Assembly: GCA_965658655.1 (NCBI GenBank)
Contig: CBFHTA010000002.1
Span: 32,001 to 96,000 of the forward strand
DNA length: 64,000 nt
From: Candidatus Babelota bacterium
Lineage (GTDB): Bacteria > Babelota > Babeliae > Babelales > CAIQNR01
Reading direction: 5' to 3'
Shown here: positions 29,490 to 38,919 of the stretch, piece after piece
Layout: the number at the start of each line of letters is the position of its first letter
Numbering within the stretch: the first letter of the stretch is position 1
Notes under the pieces: generated by a model
What the model saw: the letters and a program-made list of their open reading frames with translations, nothing else
What the model was told of the DNA's origin: nothing
The model's database searches: none
Translations under genes and position numbers: made by a program

Positions 29490-30371
29490 ATGACATACCA
29501 TGTTCCTGTTCTTCTTAAAGAAACGCTTGAGGCACTTCGGCTTGAGCCAAATAAAACTTACCTTGATGTTACCTTTGGTGGCGGAGGCCACACTCGTGCT
29601 ATTCTTGAATCAGATCCTACTATTAAAGTTATAGGGCTTGATTGGGATAAAGAAGTTATTGAACGGGGCAAGGCATTACAAGAAGAGTTCCCAGACAGAT
29701 TAACATTGATTTGGGGAAGTTTTGCTCATTTATATAAACTTCTTAAGAAGCATAACATTACGCAGGTTAATGGAGTACTTGGAGATTTTGGTACCTCGCA
29801 ACACCAAATTCACAATAAAGATGGATTATCTTTTGCGAATAACACACCGCTTGATATGCGGATGTCTCAAGCACATCATAAAACAACGGCGTATCATATT
29901 GTGAATTTTGGGCAACCGGAAGAGTTACGAACAATCTTCTGGACCTATGGAGAAGAACGAAACACCAAAGAAATTGTGCAAAAGATTGTAGAAGAGCGAA
30001 AAAAGAAAAAAATTAAAACAACTGCAGATTTAGCTTCTATAATTGAACGTGTTTCGCCTAGACGATCACAGAAAATTCACCCCGCAACACGTGTGTTTCA
30101 AGCATTACGTATTTTTGTGAATAAGGAGTTAGATAATATTACATCATTTTTGCCGGCAGCGTTGCGTGTACTTGCTCCTGAAGGTCGTTTGGCTTGTATT
30201 AGTTTTCATTCATTAGAAGATAGATTGGTAAAAGAATTCTACAAAGAAGCTGAAGGATTACTCCAAGGTTCTATTGTTAAACCGTTTCCTGTGAAGCCAA
30301 GTGAGCAAGAGGTAGCAGAGAATTCACCTTCAAGATCCGCTAAGCTTCGGGTGTTTGAAAAAAAAACGTGA
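29490..30371 (+). CDS. rsmH: 16S rRNA m4C1402 methyltransferase
   Basis: HVPVLL, DVTFGGGGH, PLDMRM, SFHSLEDR, RSAKLR. Confidence 0.97.
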   Translation: MTYHVPVLLKETLEALRLEPNKTYLDVTFGGGGHTRAILESDPTIKVIGLDWDKEVIERGKALQEEFPDRLTLIWGSFAHLYKLLKKHNITQVNGVLGDFGTSQHQIHNKDGLSFANNTPLDMRMSQAHHKTTAYHIVNFGQPEELRTIFWTYGEERNTKEIVQKIVEERKKKKIKTTADLASIIERVSPRRSQKIHPATRVFQALRIFVNKELDNITSFLPAALRVLAPEGRLACISFHSLEDRLVKEFYKEAEGLLQGSIVKPFPVKPSEQEVAENSPSRSAKLRVFEKKT

Positions 30372-30468
30372 GTTTAAAGTTTGACAAATAAGCTGAGTGA
30401 CATTACATTAAGCACTGAAAGATAGTTTTTGCCCTTAGTAATGGGGCGCTCTAGACTAAAGGTTCAAA

Positions 30469-30786
30469 ATGAATATAACAGAGGTCAAGATCTATCCGGC
30501 TAGGGAGAGAGGCACTAGGCTCAAGGCATACGCAACAATAGTTTTCGACAACGCCTTTATAGTAAGGGACTTGAAAGTTATTGAAGGCGAAAAAGGATTG
30601 TTTGTTTCCATGCCTTCACGCCGAAGAAAAGATGGTTCTTTTAGAGACATCGCTCATCCGCTCAATGCAGAAATGCGTAAGCATATAGAAGAGCACGTAG
30701 TAGGTGAGTACGAAGTTGTAGAAAAATCAGGAGGTATTCCAGCCGATGATGGTGGGGATGATTCTGAGGCTCCAGCCGACGAGTAA
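30469..30786 (+). CDS. spoVG: SpoVG family nucleic-acid-binding protein
   Basis: MNITEVKI, KAYATIVFD, GLFVSMPSRR, FRDIAHPLN. Confidence 0.95.
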   Translation: MNITEVKIYPARERGTRLKAYATIVFDNAFIVRDLKVIEGEKGLFVSMPSRRRKDGSFRDIAHPLNAEMRKHIEEHVVGEYEVVEKSGGIPADDGGDDSEAPADE

Positions 30787-30813
30787 AAAAGACAGTAGTA
30801 ATAAAAGATTTGT

Positions 30814-30888
30814 TGGGGCGTAGCCAAGTGGTAAGGCATCCGGTTTTGATCCGGACATTCGGAGGTTCGAACCCTTCCGCCCCAGCCA
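30814..30888 (+). tRNA. tRNA-Gln(UUG)
   Basis: tggggcg acceptor, anticodon arm tccgg-ttTTGat-ccgga, ggttcgaac T-loop, encoded CCA. Confidence 0.97.
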
Positions 30889-30906
30889 TCATATTGTGAA
30901 AAAATT

Positions 30907-30930
30907 AGCAGACTTCGGTCTGCTTTTTTT
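30907..30930 (+). terminator. Rho-independent terminator
   Basis: agcagac-ttcg-gtctgct-tttttt. Confidence 0.9.
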
Positions 30931-30943
30931 ATTGAGGTAGTCT

Positions 30944-31660
30944 ATGAATACTGTTTTGTGGTTCTGTTCTTTTGTAGTTACAGTTCTTTTATTGTTCTGT
31001 TACTTTAAATTTCAGTCTCCTATTCCTAAAAACAATCGAAAAACAATAGTATTCGATTTTGATGGAACGCTTTGCGACAGTGTTCCTGTTCTAATCGAGG
31101 TTCTTAATGTTTTGTCTGATGAATTTGGTTATTCAAAAGGTGATCCTCAAAGAGAGCAAGAACTGCGTATGATGAGTGCAAAAAAGTTTATTTTGAATGA
31201 ATTAAAAGTTCCGATGTATCGTATGTTTTATTTTGAAAAGCGTGCTCGTCAAGAAGCATTAAAGCGTGTAGATAGGTTAGCATTGTTTGATGGTGTAAAA
31301 GAAGTTATAGAAAAATTGCAGGCTCAAGGATATTGCGTAGGCATTTTGTCTTCTAATTCTGAACAGGCGATTATTAAAGTGCTTGAGCGGGGCAATGTTA
31401 AAGTCGACTTTATTTATTCCGGTTCGAGTATTTTTGGTAAACATAAAGTAATTACTTCTCTACTTAAGGCTCGAGGTCTTTCAAAAGATAACATTGTATA
31501 TGTGGGTGATGAATTACGTGATAGTGATGCGTGTAAAGAAGTTGGTATAAAAATGGTAGCAGTTGGTTGGGGATTTAATGCTCCTGAGGCATTTAATAAG
31601 ATTGGCATAGAAACAATAGCTGATCCTGCTCAGTTGTTACAAAAGTGTGTTATTACATAA
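30944..31660 (+). CDS. HAD-family hydrolase with N-terminal membrane anchor
   Basis: FDFDGTL, LSSN, YVGDELRD. Confidence 0.9.
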   Translation: MNTVLWFCSFVVTVLLLFCYFKFQSPIPKNNRKTIVFDFDGTLCDSVPVLIEVLNVLSDEFGYSKGDPQREQELRMMSAKKFILNELKVPMYRMFYFEKRARQEALKRVDRLALFDGVKEVIEKLQAQGYCVGILSSNSEQAIIKVLERGNVKVDFIYSGSSIFGKHKVITSLLKARGLSKDNIVYVGDELRDSDACKEVGIKMVAVGWGFNAPEAFNKIGIETIADPAQLLQKCVIT

Positions 31661-31669
31661 GGTTTATTA

Positions 31670-32278
31670 ATGAATACATTATTATTAGGTTCAACATCGC
31701 GTCCGCGTCAAATTTTATTAGAAGATGCATTAATTCCCTTTATTGTTGTGGGTCACGATGCTAACGAAGATGACATTAAACATACTACTATCGAAGAAAC
31801 AGTCTTAAACATTGCGCGTTTAAAAATGCAACAAGTGTTTATGCCTGCTGATAGAAAAGAGGGCGATGTAATCTTTCTTCTGACGGCTGATTCAATGGGG
31901 TGTACTATGGATGGTGTTATTCATGGAAAACCAAAAAATCGTGAAGATGCAATTGCAAAAATACAAGCGTTGAGTGGAGAGTCTTCTACGTTTACAGGGT
32001 TTTGTGTTGAAAAAAGAGTGATGAAAAACGGTTCGTGGACAACAGAGGATAAACGTGAGGGTGTTGTAGGAGCACGTTGTAAGTTTCAAGTTCCTGATGT
32101 CTGGCTTGATCGTTATCTTGAAAATTCATGGGCATTAAAAGCAGCAGGTGCAATTGCTGTTGAATTATATGGGGCGCAATTCTTAAAATGGGTAGAAGGG
32201 TCTTCTACTGCTGTTATGGGCCTACCAATGTTTGAAGTTCGTCAATCGCTTGAAGAAATTGGATTTTTTAATTTTTAA
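31670..32278 (+). CDS. maf: Maf-family nucleoside triphosphate pyrophosphatase
   Basis: LGSTSRPRQ, TADS, HGKP, KAAGA, VMGLP. Confidence 0.9.
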   Translation: MNTLLLGSTSRPRQILLEDALIPFIVVGHDANEDDIKHTTIEETVLNIARLKMQQVFMPADRKEGDVIFLLTADSMGCTMDGVIHGKPKNREDAIAKIQALSGESSTFTGFCVEKRVMKNGSWTTEDKREGVVGARCKFQVPDVWLDRYLENSWALKAAGAIAVELYGAQFLKWVEGSSTAVMGLPMFEVRQSLEEIGFFNF

Positions 32279-32399
32279 TTATCGTTAGCATTTCGATTGG
32301 AACCAAAGCTCTTATTGTAGACTGTTTTATTTTTTACTAATTAATAATAAGTAGTACTATCGATGTCTTTTAAAATAAGTGAGAGTGTTGTTTTTAATT

Positions 32400-32900
32400 T
32401 CATTTCCTATCTTTAATTGGTCCTTCGAGCCAACTTGCATGGACACATGCATCGCAGGATCCAGCTATTGCTTCTAGAGGGAAAAAAGATTTTTTATTCA
32501 GAGCATCTCTGTGTTTTTTTGCTGCAGTGTAGTTATGTATATAAAAGAATGGCCCATGATACTTTGGATCAATTAATTCTTTTGTATTGTTCGATGTTAT
32601 AATTTCTCCTATCTCTTCAAAAGTTAAACCTGGTTTTTGGCAAACTGCCAAATATTGAGCTACTTTTGTAGTACCCATTTCCTTCATCGTCATATCTATT
32701 GCGCTGTTAATATTAAACATCTCTTTGCAGTCGGCTTGTATTTGTACAAGATCGCCTTGCATTAGACCTTCAGGCAGATATTGAATGTTTCTTTTGATTT
32801 TATATTTTTTGTTTTTTTCAATTATAGGTCCTGCATCGGCAGCAAAATTGTTTGTAAGGCTTACGAGTAAAAAGAGTACAAGTGTTTTTTTGTATTTCAT
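32400..32900 (-). CDS. Orphan secreted protein
   Basis: MKYKKTLVLFLLVSLTNNFA signal-like N-terminus. Confidence 0.7.
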   Translation of the reverse strand: MKYKKTLVLFLLVSLTNNFAADAGPIIEKNKKYKIKRNIQYLPEGLMQGDLVQIQADCKEMFNINSAIDMTMKEMGTTKVAQYLAVCQKPGLTFEEIGEIITSNNTKELIDPKYHGPFFYIHNYTAAKKHRDALNKKSFFPLEAIAGSCDACVHASWLEGPIKDRK

Positions 32901-33120
32901 GGTTTAATCTTTTTTTAATATTAAAAACTGCGAACTGTTTGTCATCATCTTTGATAGTTGCTTGAGCTCCTGTCGTAGCTTTCTCTGTTAAATTGTGGGT
33001 GTACCTCATTGATAGTAATTTTAGTACCTAACTTTAAACGTTCTATTTGAGGGTTATAGCTAAGTTTACTTGCTACCATAAGAATACAGAGTACGAGTGT
33101 TTCATTAATGCATATGTTTT

Positions 33121-33564
33121 TTAGTGGGTAATAGTTTTCTTGTTTGGTTTCCAGCACTTGAGTAATTCTTGAAATAAAATCTCTTGTGGGTTGCCTTCGG
33201 GATTATTCTCTATTTTTGAGGTTGCTTTTTCTACACTAAAATCAACAGTTGCTTTGTCGCATTCTTTGTTGTCTATATTGTCGATTGCTGGCATTAACTT
33301 TTTCTCCATGATGCGCTTCATGTTTTGTTCGCTTATGTTTTCTTGTAAAAGCGTTTCGAGTAAAGCTAAGAAGTCGACAATGCTATATTGTATGTCTTCT
33401 GTGCTTTTGAGTTCAGAGTTAACGGCTGTTTGGAGATCCTGTTTAAGTCCGTTTTCTAATGCATGACTGATAAGTTTTTTAAGTGCTTCTGATTCGTGTT
33501 CTAAAAGCCATTGAACAAGGTATAAGAGTTCGTAAGAAACAGTGAGTTGATTGTCGTTTACCAT
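33121..33564 (-). CDS. Hypothetical protein
   Basis: AAGGAG RBS, 147-aa helical ORF downstream of hspR. Confidence 0.75.
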   Translation of the reverse strand: MVNDNQLTVSYELLYLVQWLLEHESEALKKLISHALENGLKQDLQTAVNSELKSTEDIQYSIVDFLALLETLLQENISEQNMKRIMEKKLMPAIDNIDNKECDKATVDFSVEKATSKIENNPEGNPQEILFQELLKCWKPNKKTITH

Positions 33565-33656
33565 GATTTCTCCTTATCCCAAAAATCTTGCATATATTGC
33601 CTGTCTTTTAGCGTTACTTATTTTGCTCGCCAAAGAAAACCTTTTTTAAAAAAAGG

Positions 33657-34097
33657 TTACAATTGCTCTTCGTAGTCAACTTCCCAGTTATTTGCATCCT
33701 CTGTAGGTGAATTTATTTCTGATTCGGGAGTCTCTTTTCTGAGTTTGGCAAGACTTTGTGTTGTTAGTTTTATATCGTTTTTATGAGCGTTTTCCTGTTT
33801 GAGTAGGTCTTGTTTTGTTTCTTCAAACAAGTTGTTCATGTCTTTTTGCATCTTCTTTATTTGTCTTTGCAATTTAAGAATCATCTGAACACCCGCTAAA
33901 TTAATGCCTAGTTTATGTGTAAGATAAATTACTTCTTCAAGTTTGTTAACATCTTCTTCAGAAAAAAGTCTTGTGTTTCCTTCAGACCGTTTAGGTTGTA
34001 TTAATCCTTCACGTTCGTACAAACGAATGGTTTGCTGGTGTACAGAGAACATCTCTGCCACCGCTGATATAGAAAAAAAGGCTTTTTTGCGTTTCAT
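33657..34097 (-). CDS. hspR: MerR-family heat-shock repressor HspR
   Basis: SISAVAEMFSVHQQTIRLYEREGLIQPKRSEGNTRLFS, LGINLAGV; start moved to ATG 34097 (AGGA RBS). Confidence 0.85.
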   Translation of the reverse strand: MKRKKAFFSISAVAEMFSVHQQTIRLYEREGLIQPKRSEGNTRLFSEEDVNKLEEVIYLTHKLGINLAGVQMILKLQRQIKKMQKDMNNLFEETKQDLLKQENAHKNDIKLTTQSLAKLRKETPESEINSPTEDANNWEVDYEEQL

Positions 34098-34266
34098 GTT
34101 TTTCCTTACACTTATATCTAAGTCCCGTTCCATCCTACTTATCCTTTTATGGTACATTTCTCTTTTCACAAAGTGTATCATAAAACTTTTCACAAATCAT
34201 GCTCAATATGGTAGATATAAAAGGGTTTTGAGGGTGGTTCTGTAGTAAAGAAAGGAGTAAGAAGGG

Positions 34267-34902
34267 ATGAATAGGAAGATAATTATCACATGTTTAAGCT
34301 TAACCTGCTTGTTTATAGAGGCAAAATCGGTTCGAGTTGTTACAGCTCACTTTAAAGAAGAAAAAATTAATGGACATACGTTTATGTATCGTCTGGATGT
34401 GGTTGATGGGCGTAAGAAAGAACAGTGGGCTCTTAATGGTCGGCCGATTGCTCAAGTTGATTATGACACTAAAATTTTAGAAGAAGAGATGAATGAGCGT
34501 CGTGCAGAACGGGAGCAGGAGTATCAAAAACAGATTAGATTAGCCGAACTTAGAAGCAATATGGCAAATCAAGCAGTTAAGAAACTTCTGGCCAGCACGC
34601 TCCAGGAAATCGAGCAAGGTTTAGCTCAAATTGATCGTTATGAGTTAAATCCATATTTAGTCTACAGCAAGAGTAGCTTTTACGACGAACTTGACCTCGT
34701 CACTTTCAAAGACCAAACAATTCCAGAAGTTAGGCAGGTTTTGGCCGAAAATTTTGACCATGATCAGGCAAAAGAAAAATTAAGCTTAATTCAGTCCTAT
34801 CCGCAGCGGCTTTCAAGCTTATTTGAGGCTACTGTTCAAAATGCTATCAATAGTTGTGATGACCCTAAAAAACTTAAAAACTGGCTTCAGATGCTCTCTT
34901 AA
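34267..34902 (+). CDS. Secreted hypothetical protein
   Basis: RBS, signal-like N-terminus, coiled segment. Confidence 0.75.
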   Translation: MNRKIIITCLSLTCLFIEAKSVRVVTAHFKEEKINGHTFMYRLDVVDGRKKEQWALNGRPIAQVDYDTKILEEEMNERRAEREQEYQKQIRLAELRSNMANQAVKKLLASTLQEIEQGLAQIDRYELNPYLVYSKSSFYDELDLVTFKDQTIPEVRQVLAENFDHDQAKEKLSLIQSYPQRLSSLFEATVQNAINSCDDPKKLKNWLQMLS

Positions 34903-34995
34903 GCTCATGGCGGGTATTGCTATTTGTAATTTTTAGTGTATTCTAGGTTTTACTATTAAATGGAATATTTAGGGGGGAATGAGAGGTTTGTTATT

Positions 34996-35319
34996 ATGAA
35001 GAAAAATATTTTAGCGTTTATATTGATGGGTTTTATTGTGGGTGCTCAAATACAATGTGCAGATGCCCAATCAGGCAGTTTGTTGCGTTGGATTGTACCA
35101 ACAGTGGTCACAGCTGGTGTCGGTTACTATGTTTATAATGCATTTTTTAAGACTCAAAATGCGATCGAAGCAGATAAGCAAGAAAAGCTTACAAGGACAA
35201 AGAAGTATGTTCAAGCAAATAGGGCATCTAGAGGATTGAGTAATTCTGCAAGGCAGCTTGATGCAGTAAGAGAATTAAATGCAGCAATTAATAACAAGTT
35301 TAATAAGAATGTAGAGTAA
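34996..35319 (+). CDS. Small secreted/membrane orphan, N-terminal paralog of the next gene
   Basis: GAGG RBS; MKKNILAFILMG...IVPTVVTAGVGYYVY parallels MKKSILSFMLMG...VVPALVTVGALYYVW. Confidence 0.75.
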   Translation: MKKNILAFILMGFIVGAQIQCADAQSGSLLRWIVPTVVTAGVGYYVYNAFFKTQNAIEADKQEKLTRTKKYVQANRASRGLSNSARQLDAVRELNAAINNKFNKNVE

Positions 35320-35338
35320 GGTAACTAGAGAGGTTATT

Positions 35339-36400
35339 ATGAAAAAATCTATCTTAAGTTTTATGCTGATGGGAGCACTTTTCGCTCCGTTTACCTTTTG
35401 TTCTGCTGCTCCAAAAAGAAGTATTACTGCTTTGGTTGTTCCTGCTCTAGTAACAGTTGGAGCGCTTTATTATGTTTGGTCTCATTGGAACAGCTCTCGT
35501 CCTGTTTTTTCTCAACCTAAAAGTTACGATTTTGCTCTTCCTGCAGCAACAAAAAAACATACAACAACTATTGATGTTATGCCTGCCTCAGAGTTAGGTG
35601 CTGTACCAGCACAACAAGCAGTGAAATTAATGCAATATTCTGTTATGCAACAAGGAGAAAACAACGATGGCGGTGCAAGTTGTGGGTATCATGCACTTAA
35701 GAATGCAATTGGTATTTTAACTAAAAATCATAATCTCTTTAATGATAGAGCATTCATTAAAAGACAGTTTAGTTTAGATCCAGGGACTTGGCGTGAATGG
35801 GTACAAGCAAAGCAGGGTGATAATGGCGAGTGGGTTCATACTGAGTTTTATGCAGATTTAATTACACGTGCATTTAATGAACGCAATATTAGATGTGGAT
35901 GGTCTATTCTTAATTCGCAAGGTCAGGCTATTAACGATGCTCATGTAGGGGAAGATATTTATGGGGTTTTCCGAATGTTAACATCAGAAGATGCTTATAA
36001 ACATGCTTTCTTTGTTAATACTGCAAGTGGTTATAATGTAGGGCAGCATGGACATTGGTTTGTGGTGATTATGGAAAAAGAAGCTCATGGACCAACAACA
36101 TATACGGTAATGGATTCTTTAGGTCATGAAAGGCACGCCGATAATACTGTTTGGACTATTATTAAAAGTATTCATCGCATTGCAAAAATTACTAGTCCAG
36201 AAGTGTTAGGAGATGAAAAACAAAAGACAAAAGTTTTGTTGCTAGATGTGGTTAATGGTTTATCTGATCAAAAGATGAATACAAACCAAAAAGAGAAATT
36301 AACAAGTATGGTTTTAGATCTTTATACAATTTTGCTTTCCCAAGGTGCAGTTGATGAAGAGATAAAAAAGGCGATGGTCAGGTTTATGGTTTTGGTCTAA
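35339..36400 (+). CDS. Secreted putative papain-fold cysteine peptidase (Josephin-like)
   Basis: Q..SCGYHALKN, GHWFVV, VMDSL in Cys-His-Asp order. Confidence 0.6.
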   Translation: MKKSILSFMLMGALFAPFTFCSAAPKRSITALVVPALVTVGALYYVWSHWNSSRPVFSQPKSYDFALPAATKKHTTTIDVMPASELGAVPAQQAVKLMQYSVMQQGENNDGGASCGYHALKNAIGILTKNHNLFNDRAFIKRQFSLDPGTWREWVQAKQGDNGEWVHTEFYADLITRAFNERNIRCGWSILNSQGQAINDAHVGEDIYGVFRMLTSEDAYKHAFFVNTASGYNVGQHGHWFVVIMEKEAHGPTTYTVMDSLGHERHADNTVWTIIKSIHRIAKITSPEVLGDEKQKTKVLLLDVVNGLSDQKMNTNQKEKLTSMVLDLYTILLSQGAVDEEIKKAMVRFMVLV

Positions 36401-36430
36401 AAAAAGCCCCTAATTACAGGGGCTTTTTTT
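36399..36430. terminator. Bidirectional terminator
   Basis: aaaaaaagcccct-aattac-aggggcttttttt. Confidence 0.85.
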
Positions 36431-37524
36431 TATACGTTAAATTTAATGTGTAACCAATCACCATCTTGAACAATGTAATCTTGTCCTTCGGTTCTCATTT
36501 TGCCAGCTGTTTTAATAGCAGCTTCTGACTTGTGTTCAGCAAAGTCTTGATGGTTGCAAACTTCTGCACAAATAAATCCACGCTCTAGATCTGAGTGAAT
36601 TTCTCCTGCGGCTTTTCGTACAGTAATACCTTTTGGAATAGGCCATGCACGTGCTTCTTTTGGTCCAACAGTAAAAAATGTAATTAAACCAAGTTCATGG
36701 TATGTTTTTTGAATAACTGTGTCTAAACCCGAGATGGTCATACCGAGCATTTCGATCATTTCTTGGCGTTGTTCATCGTCAAGCTGCACAAGTTCATGTT
36801 CTGTTTTTGCGCATACAGGAATTACACGGTCTGAACCAAAACGCTCAACTAATGTTTTGAAATGTTTATTTTCTTTGTATGCATCTTCAGTAAAATCACT
36901 TTCAGATAAGTTTGCAACAACCAAAAACTTTTTAGTCGCAATTAACTCAGTGGTTGCTATTCCGCTTTCTAAGAGGGTGTTTCGCGCCTCTTCTACTTTG
37001 CTGTTAGTCAAAAAATGGTATAATTTTTTTAAGAGTTCAAGCTCTGCTTCGAGTGTTTTCTTTTCGGCTGGTTTGTTTTGTACCGCCTTCATTAAGCTTG
37101 GTATTTTTGCTTGACGTTTTTCGATAGATTCTAAATCTTTAAGAATTAATTCAGAAATAATAGTGTCGAAATGATCTAATGGGTCTACGGGGTCGTTGTT
37201 TTCAAAGCATCGGATAACATGCAGAATAACGTCTACTTCTCTAATGTGGCTTAAGAATTTATTTCCCAAACCTTCACCGCTTGCAGCACCTTTAACTAAT
37301 CCTGCAATATCAACAAATGATACATTTGCTGGAATGAGTTTTTTAGACTCATACACATTGGCCATTTCTGTTAATCGTGTGTCTGGCACTTCTGTGATTG
37401 CTAGGTGTGGGTCTATCGTACAAAATGGATAATTTTCTGCAGGAACCTGAGACTTGGTTAATGCATTAAAAAGGGTAGATTTTCCTACGTTTGGTAGTCC
37501 TACAAGGCCGGCTTTAATACTCAT
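36430..37524 (-). CDS. ychF: Ribosome-binding ATPase YchF
   Basis: GLPNVGKSTLFNA, ENYPFCTI, DIAGLVKGA, FFTVGPKE, IHSD. Confidence 0.97.
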   Translation of the reverse strand: MSIKAGLVGLPNVGKSTLFNALTKSQVPAENYPFCTIDPHLAITEVPDTRLTEMANVYESKKLIPANVSFVDIAGLVKGAASGEGLGNKFLSHIREVDVILHVIRCFENNDPVDPLDHFDTIISELILKDLESIEKRQAKIPSLMKAVQNKPAEKKTLEAELELLKKLYHFLTNSKVEEARNTLLESGIATTELIATKKFLVVANLSESDFTEDAYKENKHFKTLVERFGSDRVIPVCAKTEHELVQLDDEQRQEMIEMLGMTISGLDTVIQKTYHELGLITFFTVGPKEARAWPIPKGITVRKAAGEIHSDLERGFICAEVCNHQDFAEHKSEAAIKTAGKMRTEGQDYIVQDGDWLHIKFNV

Positions 37525-37638
37525 TGTTTTCGGAGCTTTCGTGCTTTTGGATAACTTAATTACAAGATTTCAGTGTATCATAAAACTTATATTTTGCATC
37601 AAAGATATCCTTTTTCCTGTGTACTTTTCTTTTTATAC

Positions 37639-37990
37639 GGGGTGTTTTGCCCACCCCTTATAAAAAGGGCGCAAACTTAGCAGTATGATTGGTTTAACGG
37701 GTCGATGGACTGACTTCGCCTTCGCTTTGCTTGTGGGTCATTTCACCCCGGTGCCCCTGATAAATGACTTTCTATAGTGTTCCTATATGTAAATGGAAGC
37801 CTTAATTGTAGTGGAATGACGATCTAAGATGCGAGCGTCTGTCCTTCGTAGCTTTAACGAAGCAACATGTTCGATTTTTTCACTGCAAGGGAGATCAAAC
37901 CGTCCTGGAGCTTTGTGCGTCTTGATTCCAGCAGGGTACTTGTCTACCCCGTTGGGTGATGCCCGCATAGGACTCCACTCTTTAAGCTCA
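37639..37990. ncRNA. Candidate structured RNA, family unassigned
   Basis: GC-enriched intergenic block with at least five local hairpins; no tmRNA, RNase P or SRP signature recognised. Confidence 0.3.
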
Positions 37991-38168
37991 GCAAAAAACA
38001 ACCGAAATTATTTTCAACAATAAAAAGCCAACAGATTTCAACCTCTTTTTAAGGTCAAAATAACAGGTTATGAGTTTTTTATTGCATTTTGTTTCCTAGA
38101 TATCGTATCCTTGTCTTTAAGCGTAAAAAAATGAAATCGGGCAGAAGCCCAAAAAAATGGAGAAAATA

Positions 38169-38792
38169 ATGAAAAAAACACTAAAAATAACATTGCTTCT
38201 GTCTCTTGCATATGCAGGATCAGCAAACGCAATGTATCATTACAATAATGATGGTTCTGGGAGCAATGGTTCTACGAGCAATCCTTTCTCTACGAGCAGT
38301 GATGATGATAATTTTGATTCATATCCTACGAGATCTACGAGCAGTGATGATAATAATTTAGATCCTATAAACGGTGGCTCTATGATGAATAGTACAGGTT
38401 CAGGTGTGCCTATTTCGCCATCTCTTAGAAGAGAACTTTCTACGATGAGTACATCTGCGGCTTATCAGCTAGGTGTAGCAAATGGTAGAAAAGCAGCAGG
38501 TGGTAGCTCAGGTGGAATGAACTCATATGGTAACTCAGGTGGAATGACCTCAGGTGGTAGCTCAGGTGGAATGACCTCAGGTGGTAGCTCAGGTGGAATG
38601 AACTCATATGGTAACTCAGGTGGAATGAACTCATATGGTAACTCAGGTGGAATGACCTCAGGTGGTAGCTCAGGTGGAATGAACTCATATGGTAACTCAG
38701 GTGGAATGACCTCAGGTGGTAGCTCAGGTGGAATGAGCTCAGGTGGTAGCTCAGGTGGAATGAGCTCAGATGATAACTTTAGTAGTTACTAA
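38169..38792 (+). CDS. Secreted Gly/Ser/Met low-complexity repeat protein
   Basis: GGAG RBS, signal peptide ending ANA, 9-aa repeats. Confidence 0.85.
   Translation: MKKTLKITLLLSLAYAGSANAMYHYNNDGSGSNGSTSNPFSTSSDDDNFDSYPTRSTSSDDNNLDPINGGSMMNSTGSGVPISPSLRRELSTMSTSAAYQLGVANGRKAAGGSSGGMNSYGNSGGMTSGGSSGGMTSGGSSGGMNSYGNSGGMNSYGNSGGMTSGGSSGGMNSYGNSGGMTSGGSSGGMSSGGSSGGMSSDDNFSSY
38498..38769. repeat. 27-bp tandem repeat, about 10 units of two main types
   Basis: SGGMNSYGN / SGGMTSGGS units. Confidence 0.95.
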
Positions 38793-38812
38793 GTTTAGTA
38801 TCTAAGGAAATT

Positions 38813-38846
38813 AAAAAAGGCACTTTCATTTGAGAGTGCCTTTTTT
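38813..38846 (+). terminator. Rho-independent terminator
   Basis: aaaaaaggcactttc-attt-gagagtgcctttttt. Confidence 0.85.
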
Positions 38847-38919
38847 AATTTCTAGCTTTTTTCAGATTACTTCTATTATCTTTAAAGTATCTTATTTTGA
38901 AATTAGAAGGGGTAATGGA

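Noticed and set aside
30814..31670. Island integrated at tRNA-Gln
   Set aside because: No duplicated tRNA 3' end and no integrase downstream.
32360..32400. Displaced tail of gene 33121..33564 beyond the orphan 32400..32900
   Set aside because: The similarity is too short and AT-rich to distinguish from chance.
37680..37990. tmRNA/RNase P identity; also an integrase-like peptide (LPSYLTEAEAK) when the complement is read without reversal
   Set aside because: Terminal tmRNA and RNase P consensus motifs were not found. The complement-only reading is not biologically translatable and is probably chance.
38498..38769. Possible CRISPR array
   Set aside because: The units are contiguous in-frame 27-bp coding repeats with no unique spacers and no cas genes.
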